From Chlamydiales bacterium (lineage in GTDB: Bacteria > Chlamydiota > Chlamydiia > Chlamydiales > JBFIDQ01), in the NCBI GenBank assembly GCA_041603795.1, contig JBFIDQ010000002.1, forward strand, positions 1 through 39,208: a stretch of 39,208 nt of DNA, given 5' to 3'. The translations under genes and the position numbers were made by a program. This document shows positions 33,005-39,208 of this stretch, piece by piece. Each line of letters begins with the position of its first letter. The stretch's first letter is position 1. The notes under the pieces were generated by a model, which saw only the letters and a list, made by a program, of their open reading frames with translations, did not search any database and had not been told where the DNA came from.

Positions 33005-34600
33005 ATGTCAAAAACAACGGTAAGGGAGCTCGTCACACGATGGGGATTCCAGGTGGACGACAAGCCTCTCAAGGACATGAAGAATTCCGTTGAGTCCCTC
33101 AAGAGCCAAATGAAGCTCGTTGTGGGAGCCGCCGCCGCGGTCGGTGTCTCTCTTTTTGCGATTGCCAAAAGCACGGCCAATGCGGGAGACGAGGCGGCAA
33201 AGACGGCTCGATCACTTGGGCTCACCGCCGAATCATTACAAGAATTAGAATTCGCCGCTTCAATCGGTGGAGTCGGAGCGAAGCAATTATCCACGGGTAT
33301 GCTTAAGCTCCAAAGAGCCGCGAAGGAAGCCGGAGACGGTGTTGCGACATATAAGGACACATTCGACGAGCTCGGAGTCACTGTAAAAAATCAAGATGGG
33401 ACTCTTAAGTCTTCCGAGATGCTCATGGGAGAGATCGCGGATCGCTTCGAGACGATGCCGGACGGGACAAAGAAGTCGGCACTCGCCATGGATCTCTTTG
33501 GGAGATCGGGTGGACGTCTTGTCAATGTGTTGAATGGTGGATCCAAAGGGCTCCGTGAGCTTCGAGATGAGGCTCAAAAATCCGGCTTTGTGATAAGCGA
33601 AGCGGACACGGTACTCTCCGAAGAATTCAATGACTCTCTTAATCGCCTTCAAAGCGTGGTGAAGGGACTCAAGAATCAAATTGGAGTCGGCCTTCTCCGT
33701 CCTATCAAGGGGATCATCGATCAAATGAGAGGGTGGATCCTCGCGAATCGTGCTCTATTAAAGCAAAATCTCGAAAAATTTGTGAAGACTCTTGTGAGCT
33801 TTTTAAAATCATTTGTCGTCGTCATGAAAAATATTTTCACCGTTGTGAATGGTGTCGTCCAAGCATTCGGAGGATGGGAGCGTGCTCTCAATTTTGTCCT
33901 TCAAGCAATGGTAGCAATCCTCGCTCTTAAGTTTTTGGGAGCAATTGGAGCCATCGCAAAAGGAGTCTTCACCCTTGCGAAGGCTTGGAAGTTTATGGGG
34001 AATGCCTCATTAATCGCGGCGGCAAAAGCAGCGATCATTCCGATCTTAATTGGAGCGGGTATCGCTCTCGCAATATTGGCGATTGAAGATCTTGTGGCAT
34101 TCTTCCAGGGGAAGGATTCCGTCACGGGAGTTATTGTCGAAAAATTCAGGGAAGCATTTGGATTCCTTGAGGAAAAATTCAAGGGCTTGGGGCCAATTGC
34201 GAAGACCGCAATTAATATCGTCTTAATTCCTTTGAGGAATATGATCAATCTTGTGAGGACAGCCGTCGGCGTCTTCCAGGGATTGAAGTCGGGAGGATTG
34301 TCCGGCGGGATCGATGCTTTGAAGGAAGGCTTTAAAAGACAATTTTCCGTCGGTGAAGAGAATTCCGGAATCGCGGGAGCTCTTGGGCTTGGAGGACTTG
34401 GAATTGATCCGGGGAATTCTCCGGCACAAGGAGGCGGCGGCGGTGTCGTCAATAAGGTCGATTCAAATATTGAAGTGATTGTCCCTCCCGGTACTTCACC
34501 GGAGCAAGTAGGGCCATTTGTCCAAGAAGGAATTAAGGATGCACTCGGGGGAGTTTTGCGTGAGACATCGCGAGCGACTCGTCCCCAAGTAGAATTTTAA
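33005..34600 (+). CDS. tail tape measure protein
   Basis: AGGAGG SD. N-terminal helical region, hydrophobic central block and Gly-rich C-terminus. Motif AAKTARSLGLTAESLQELEFAASIGGV. Confidence 0.85.
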   Translation: MSKTTVRELVTRWGFQVDDKPLKDMKNSVESLKSQMKLVVGAAAAVGVSLFAIAKSTANAGDEAAKTARSLGLTAESLQELEFAASIGGVGAKQLSTGMLKLQRAAKEAGDGVATYKDTFDELGVTVKNQDGTLKSSEMLMGEIADRFETMPDGTKKSALAMDLFGRSGGRLVNVLNGGSKGLRELRDEAQKSGFVISEADTVLSEEFNDSLNRLQSVVKGLKNQIGVGLLRPIKGIIDQMRGWILANRALLKQNLEKFVKTLVSFLKSFVVVMKNIFTVVNGVVQAFGGWERALNFVLQAMVAILALKFLGAIGAIAKGVFTLAKAWKFMGNASLIAAAKAAIIPILIGAGIALAILAIEDLVAFFQGKDSVTGVIVEKFREAFGFLEEKFKGLGPIAKTAINIVLIPLRNMINLVRTAVGVFQGLKSGGLSGGIDALKEGFKRQFSVGEENSGIAGALGLGGLGIDPGNSPAQGGGGGVVNKVDSNIEVIVPPGTSPEQVGPFVQEGIKDALGGVLRETSRATRPQVEF

Positions 34601-34609
34601 GGAGGAATC

Positions 34610-35284
34610 ATGTCAAGTCTTGCCGTTGTTTTTGGAAGAAGTCAAAAGGCACAAATCGACGTCCTTCAATTGGATGCTTCGGTGTCCGAGACTCATTCTC
34701 GAAAATCAAAAATAAGCACAAATGAGATCGAAGACGGATCTCAAATAAATGATCATATTACTCTCGATCCGGAGACTCTCACAATTGAGGGAGTGATCTC
34801 GGAGGCTCCATTGTCTCTTGCTCAAGCTCTTGCGAATGTCGCAACGACCGCGGCGGGTGGAGCACTTGGGGGGAAGGCGGGAGCTCTTGCCACGGCGGGG
34901 ATCGCTTCTCTCTCATCAAATCTTTTAAAGACAAGTCAAAATCCAAGCGTGGACGCTCTCTTCAAGCTCGAAGAATTATGGAATGAGAGAATCCCCTTCG
35001 TTGTTGTGACCGGGCTTAAGACTTATAAAAATATGGTGATCGAATCAATCTCGATCCCAAGATCTAAGGACATCGGGAAGTCTCTTCGATTCACCGTGTC
35101 TCTTATGCAATTGAAGATCGTGAGATCAAAGACGGTGATTGTGCCGGAAGCAAATCTCGACGAGAAGGCCGGACATTCGGCGGCATCAAAAGCAAATATT
35201 GGCAAGCAAAAGGCGGCGGCGGCATCGGCGGCAACGACTCGAGGATCTTCGGTCGCTTTTGATCTTGTGGGAGGGCTCTTTTAA
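34610..35284 (+). CDS. distal tail / baseplate protein
   Basis: AAGGAGG SD. Lies after the tape-measure gene. The pattern L.LDASVSETH......TNEIEDGS.I.DHI...P..L.IEG is seen in phage tail proteins. Confidence 0.45.
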   Translation: MSSLAVVFGRSQKAQIDVLQLDASVSETHSRKSKISTNEIEDGSQINDHITLDPETLTIEGVISEAPLSLAQALANVATTAAGGALGGKAGALATAGIASLSSNLLKTSQNPSVDALFKLEELWNERIPFVVVTGLKTYKNMVIESISIPRSKDIGKSLRFTVSLMQLKIVRSKTVIVPEANLDEKAGHSAASKANIGKQKAAAASAATTRGSSVAFDLVGGLF

Positions 35285-35607
35285 TGGCGACACTTCAAAT
35301 CCCCGTGAGGAATGATCTCCCCGCTTATCAAATGAGAATCGAGCTCGACGGAGAGCTCTTTGAATTATCCTTCCGTTATAACTTAAGAATGGCCCGATGG
35401 ATTATGGACATTCTTGATTCCGAAGAGAATCCAATCGTCGTGGGAATTCCCCTTTTGACAAATGTCGATCTCTTCAAAAGATACAAGGACGAGCGTCTCC
35501 CTCAAGGGACAATGCTTCTCTTTGAAGAGCAAGGACTTGACGACAATGCCGAGAGAGAAGATCTCGCGGAGAGTCACTTCCTTCTTTATTCGGAGGCGAC
35601 GGCGTGA
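35284..35607 (+). CDS. small baseplate-associated protein
   Basis: TAATG overlap. The pattern P.Q...I.LDG..F.L.FRYN.R...W.MDI.D....PIV.GIPL is common next to baseplate hubs. Confidence 0.45.
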   Translation: MATLQIPVRNDLPAYQMRIELDGELFELSFRYNLRMARWIMDILDSEENPIVVGIPLLTNVDLFKRYKDERLPQGTMLLFEEQGLDDNAEREDLAESHFLLYSEATA

Positions 35608-35690
35608 ATAATGCATTGAGAATCATCTCTCATATTCTCGTGATCTCATTCATGGCGGTGCTCCTCTATAAGCTCGGAGGTGGAGAATGA
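35604..35690 (+). CDS. 28-aa hydrophobic micro-ORF (MNNALRIISHILVISFMAVLLYKLGGGE)
   Basis: GGAGG lies 6 nt before GTG 35604. GTGA overlap with the upstream stop and ATGA overlap with the downstream start. It fills the gap exactly. Confidence 0.3.
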   Translation: MNNALRIISHILVISFMAVLLYKLGGGE

Positions 35691-36520
35691 GCTTCCTTTT
35701 TGATCGATATGCCTCATTGACGGTCGGTCTTCCAGGTGAAGAAGGGATCCTTTTTGATGGCTTCCGAATTGCTTGGGACGTTGAGAAGACGAGCGAGTCC
35801 AATCCAAATACTTGCAAGGTGAAGATTTGGAATCTCAATGAGACTTCAAGATCCGCGCTCGAGCAAGAAGGTGCCGTGATGATTCTCGAGGTGGGGTATA
35901 ATTCAATCCCGGAGAGTGTCGGCGGTCGTGTTATTAAGGATCCAATCACGGAGATTTTATTTTCCGGGGATATTAAAAAGGTGAGCACGGTCAAAAATGG
36001 GCCCGATAGGATCACCACGCTTGAAGGTGGAGACGGTGAAGTCGCTCTCCAAGACACAAATATCAATAAATCATTCGGAGCAAATACTCCAATCACATCT
36101 GTCTTTAATCAATTGATCGACAAGCTCGGAGTCGCCAAAGGGACAGTCAAAGGAATTAAGAATGAGAGCTTCCAAAATGGGCTTGCATTGACCGGACTTG
36201 TCAAAGATCAATTGGACACACTCACAAAAAAGCAAGGGCTCGAATGGAGCATCCAAGATAATGAAGTCCAAATCCTCCCCAAAGACACCTCGATCGATGG
36301 ACAGGCGATCCAATTGACGAGTGAGACGGGACTTGTCGGGACTCCAATCAAGAGAGAAGACGGCATCGAAGTCACGGCTCTCCTTAATCCCCAAATAAGA
36401 CCGGGAAGAAAAATTGAGATAATCTCACGCGATATCGACGGCGTCTTTGTTGTGAAAAAAGCAAAATATAAGGGCGATAATCGACAAGGTCAAAATGTCG
36501 TCCAAGTGGAGGCGAAGTAA
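35687..36520 (+). CDS. baseplate hub protein (Mu gp44 / P2 gpD-like, short)
   Basis: GGAGG SD. The pattern LTVGLPGEEG..F.GFRIAWDVEKT....PNTCKVKIWNLNETSR...........LEVGY matches hub proteins. Confidence 0.5.
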   Translation: MSFLFDRYASLTVGLPGEEGILFDGFRIAWDVEKTSESNPNTCKVKIWNLNETSRSALEQEGAVMILEVGYNSIPESVGGRVIKDPITEILFSGDIKKVSTVKNGPDRITTLEGGDGEVALQDTNINKSFGANTPITSVFNQLIDKLGVAKGTVKGIKNESFQNGLALTGLVKDQLDTLTKKQGLEWSIQDNEVQILPKDTSIDGQAIQLTSETGLVGTPIKREDGIEVTALLNPQIRPGRKIEIISRDIDGVFVVKKAKYKGDNRQGQNVVQVEAK

Positions 36521-37158
36521 TGGCGAAGGAAAAAATCGAGACACCGACGCTTGCACAAGTCCTTCGAGACGTACTCGAGTCAAGGCTTTGTGATGTCCAC
36601 ACCGCGCTTCCAGGTGAGATCGTGTCATATAGCTCGATCACAAAGCTCGCAACGGTGAAGCCTCTCCTCAAAAGAAAATACGCAACGGGGGAGCTTGTGT
36701 CCCTCCCAAATATTCAAAATGTCCCGGTGAATCATCCAAGGACAAAAGACTCGGGGATCCACCTCCCGATCAAGAAGGGAGACGGTGTCCTCATTGTGTT
36801 TATAGAGCGGTCAATCGACAAATGGATCTCACAAGGTGGAGAAGTATCTCCCGAAGATCCTCGCAAGCACTCACTCTCCGACGCGATATGCATCCCGGGA
36901 CTATTCTCCCAAGTGGATCCGATCACGGTGGACGAGCCGGACGCGCTCACAATTAAAAATAAGGATATGACGATCGAGCTTTTTGACGATGGCAAAGTAA
37001 AGCTTAAGAATAAGACCGAAGAGCTCGTGGATTTGATGTCCCAAATGGCTGACAAATTATCGACGACGACGGTCAATACTATATTCGGCCCGTTGCAATT
37101 GAATGATTTTGCATTTTTCGCAACGCTTAAGACAAAGATTGATCTCTTCAAAAAGTGA
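36520..37158 (+). CDS. baseplate central spike (Gp138_N / gpV-like)
   Basis: Motifs VHTALPGEIVSY......ATVKPLL........LP.I.NVPV..PR....GI.LPIKKGDGVLIVFIERSIDKW......PED.RKHSLSDAICIPG. Confidence 0.7.
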   Translation: MAKEKIETPTLAQVLRDVLESRLCDVHTALPGEIVSYSSITKLATVKPLLKRKYATGELVSLPNIQNVPVNHPRTKDSGIHLPIKKGDGVLIVFIERSIDKWISQGGEVSPEDPRKHSLSDAICIPGLFSQVDPITVDEPDALTIKNKDMTIELFDDGKVKLKNKTEELVDLMSQMADKLSTTTVNTIFGPLQLNDFAFFATLKTKIDLFKK

Positions 37159-37191
37159 TCGATCGAATAGAATAGAATCAAGGAGAGTCGA

Positions 37192-37464
37192 ATGGCTTTG
37201 GATAAGGATCGATGGGGACAAAATGTCGCGGACGCAATCGCCGCGCTCGGTGTCGTTGCCGGTACTCCGGTCACTCCGACTCAATTAGCTGACATGTGGA
37301 AGGCCATCAAGGGAGAGGACAAGACCGAAGTCAATGCGAATGCGGACATCGTGCTTCTCTCGGCTGACATTCCAGTGCTCCCCGGCACCTTCTCGAATGC
37401 GGGAGGCCCGGTCGTCGGAGCCGGATTAAATGGGCCGGCGACTCTTGTGAGTAAAATTAAGTGA
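37192..37464 (+). CDS. hypothetical small baseplate-module protein
   Basis: AAGGAG SD; 90 aa. Confidence 0.5.
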   Translation: MALDKDRWGQNVADAIAALGVVAGTPVTPTQLADMWKAIKGEDKTEVNANADIVLLSADIPVLPGTFSNAGGPVVGAGLNGPATLVSKIK

Positions 37465-37471
37465 GGAATAT

Positions 37472-37831
37472 ATGTCAAATGTAAAACTTGATACAACGCA
37501 CGATCTTGCAATCGAAGCGAATAATTTAGTGATTTTGGAAGACACGGTGGATCTCGTTGTGCAAAAATTAAGGCAACGACTCAAATTCTTTTTTGGAGAA
37601 TGGTTCTTGGATCGATCCGAAGGGATCCCTTACTTCCAAGAGCTTCTCGGCAAGCGACCGGATCCCGCAAGAATTGACGCAATTTTAAAGACGGAGATCC
37701 TCGACGTGCCGGGAGTGATTGAGCTTGAAGAATTTGAGACGGACTTCACGGGATCATCAAGGGAAGCATCAATTCGCTTCACCGTAAATACGGAAGATGG
37801 GCCCGTGACAATTGAGGAGACAATCCCATGA
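37472..37831 (+). CDS. baseplate wedge protein (gpW / gp25-like)
   Basis: Motif QKLRQRLKFFFGEWFLDRSEGIPYFQELLGK......I...I..EIL.VPGV. Confidence 0.65.
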   Translation: MSNVKLDTTHDLAIEANNLVILEDTVDLVVQKLRQRLKFFFGEWFLDRSEGIPYFQELLGKRPDPARIDAILKTEILDVPGVIELEEFETDFTGSSREASIRFTVNTEDGPVTIEETIP

Positions 37832-39208
37832 CTTTTGGAGTGACGACACAAGGCTTCTCCGCGAAGCGACTTGATGATATTAAGACGGAGCTCGAGGATG
37901 CCTTTAAAAGTGCTTTTGGAATATCGATTGATCTTGATCCCGATGCTCCATTTGGACAAATCATAGGCATACTTGCGGAGCGAGAGAGTGAAGTGTGGGA
38001 GATGAGCGAGGCCGTTTATAATTCCCAATATCCTCTCACCGCCGAAGGAATAAATCTCGATAATGTGGCATCGATTACAGGTGTGACAAGGAATCCGGCG
38101 ACAAAATCCACGGCCATTGTGAAGGCAATTGGGACGCTTGGGACTCTTATCCCGACCGGATCCATAATCTCAAAAGAGAATGATCCTCTCACTCGCTTTG
38201 TGACCGACTCCGATGCTTCAATCGGTGCCGGAATTGATGAGATTCAAAAGGTCGCATTCGATCTTGATCCCGATTCGGGAGACTTTAAATTCACATTCGA
38301 TGCGATTGAATCCGGAGTGATTCTTCACTCGGATAATGCGGCGGCGATCCAAGCCGTGCTCGAAGCTCATGCTTCAATTGGAGCGGGGAATGTCCTCGTC
38401 TCGGGCGCGATTGACGATGTGACCGGACTCACGATCACCTTCCAGGGGACACTTGCCGAGCAAGACGTGGATCCTCTCACGGTGACTTCAAATAATTTAT
38501 TGAATGGTGCGACGCCCGTTGTGGCGACCGTGACCGAAGACACAAAAGGATCTCTTCCCTTTGTGGATATTCCAGTATCCGGAGAAGAAGCGGGCCCATT
38601 AAGTGCTCCAAGTGGATCGCTCAATGTGATTGAGACATCGATCACCGGATGGGACAGCGTGTCCAATGCCCTCGACGCAATCGTCGGAAGGGAAGTGGAG
38701 AGCGATGCGGATCTTAAGGCCCGAAGAGAAGCTTCTCTTCAAGTCGCGGGATCCGGCACAACGGATGCGATCCGCTCACAATTATTGCAAATTGACACCG
38801 TCACGGCGGTGATTGTTTTTGAGAATACTTCAATCACTCCCGATCTTGACGGACGTCCTCCCAAATCTTTTGAGTCGGTCGTCCAAGGCGGCGACGATGT
38901 CGAGATCGCGGAGACAATACTCGCCACAAAGCCCGCGGGAATCGAGACACATGGATCCCTCACGGAGACGGTGCAAGACTCTCAAGGCTTTGACGTGGAC
39001 ATTAAATTCTCAAGACCGACGGAGATTGATATTCATTTGGAAGTCGATCTCGTTGTGGATACCGAAAAATATCCGGTCGACGGAGACGCACAAGCCGAAG
39101 CCGCTCTTTTGGCCTTCGGGAATGCTCTTGAAATTGGCGACGATGTGATCGTGTATCCAAAGCTCGTGTGTGCCTTGAATGATATTCCAGGGATCCGAGA
39201 CATCGTGA
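37828..39208 (+). CDS. baseplate J-like protein (3' partial at the window end; continues at 1..114)
   Basis: ATGA overlap with the upstream stop, and no stop before the window end. The N-terminus ...RLDDIKTELEDAFKSAFG..IDLDPDAPFGQIIGILAERESEVWE and the later SDADLKARREASL, ILATKPAGIE fit the baseplate J family. Confidence 0.8.
   Translation, partial: MTFGVTTQGFSAKRLDDIKTELEDAFKSAFGISIDLDPDAPFGQIIGILAERESEVWEMSEAVYNSQYPLTAEGINLDNVASITGVTRNPATKSTAIVKAIGTLGTLIPTGSIISKENDPLTRFVTDSDASIGAGIDEIQKVAFDLDPDSGDFKFTFDAIESGVILHSDNAAAIQAVLEAHASIGAGNVLVSGAIDDVTGLTITFQGTLAEQDVDPLTVTSNNLLNGATPVVATVTEDTKGSLPFVDIPVSGEEAGPLSAPSGSLNVIETSITGWDSVSNALDAIVGREVESDADLKARREASLQVAGSGTTDAIRSQLLQIDTVTAVIVFENTSITPDLDGRPPKSFESVVQGGDDVEIAETILATKPAGIETHGSLTETVQDSQGFDVDIKFSRPTEIDIHLEVDLVVDTEKYPVDGDAQAEAALLAFGNALEIGDDVIVYPKLVCALNDIPGIRDIV

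Noticed and set aside
1-39208. I looked for an integrase/excisionase, CI/Cro-type repressor, partition genes, tRNAs, a reverse transcriptase (DGR or retron) and toxin-antitoxin pairs.
   Set aside because: I found no ORF with recognisable catalytic or HTH signatures for these functions, and no cloverleaf-like tRNA sequence. This absence rests on by-eye motif recognition and should be confirmed by HMM and tRNA scans.

Overview
The window reads as an essentially complete, circularly permuted ~39.2-kb genome of a tailed dsDNA phage with a contractile tail. There are no host flanks. It is about 95% coding, and all but five genes are on the + strand. Many gene junctions use TAATG, ATGA, GTGA or TTGA start/stop overlaps. 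Gene order: (1) 1-3296: the wrapped 3' end of the baseplate J gene, a gpI/DUF2612-like gene and two fibre genes. (2) 3296-6075: a lysis block with two lipoproteins, small membrane proteins and an SLT-type lysin. (3) 6072-9426: structural-looking ORFans. (4) 9492-16736: a recombination, replication and DNA-modification module with a PD-(D/E)XK exonuclease, an annealing-protein candidate, a replisome organiser, a DnaB/RepA-like ATPase, SSB, a C5-cytosine MTase and RusA. (5) 16814-17921: a convergent leftward operon of five small ORFans, followed by a divergent control region. (6) 18154-39208: packaging genes (TerS candidate, HNH, SEC-C, TerL), then a Mu/SPP1-like head module (DUF1073-type portal, a compositionally foreign DPPY methyltransferase, MuF/gp7-like, DUF2213-like, decoration, DUF2184-like capsid), then connector, sheath and tube, a chaperone with a -1 frameshift, tape measure and baseplate. 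I recognised no integrase, repressor, tRNA, CRISPR array or transposase. All family names come from motif recognition by eye; no search was run. Most notable observations: (a) the C5-MTase gene has conserved methylase signatures split between two reading frames while one frame stays open end to end; (b) GATC is strongly over-represented genome-wide, except in two AT-rich islands (the second MTase gene and the replisome-organiser gene) and, to a lesser degree, the leftward operon; (c) the leftward ORFan operon sits next to a GATC-centred near-palindrome in its promoter; (d) non-triplet and hexamer tandem repeats lie inside the replication initiator gene.
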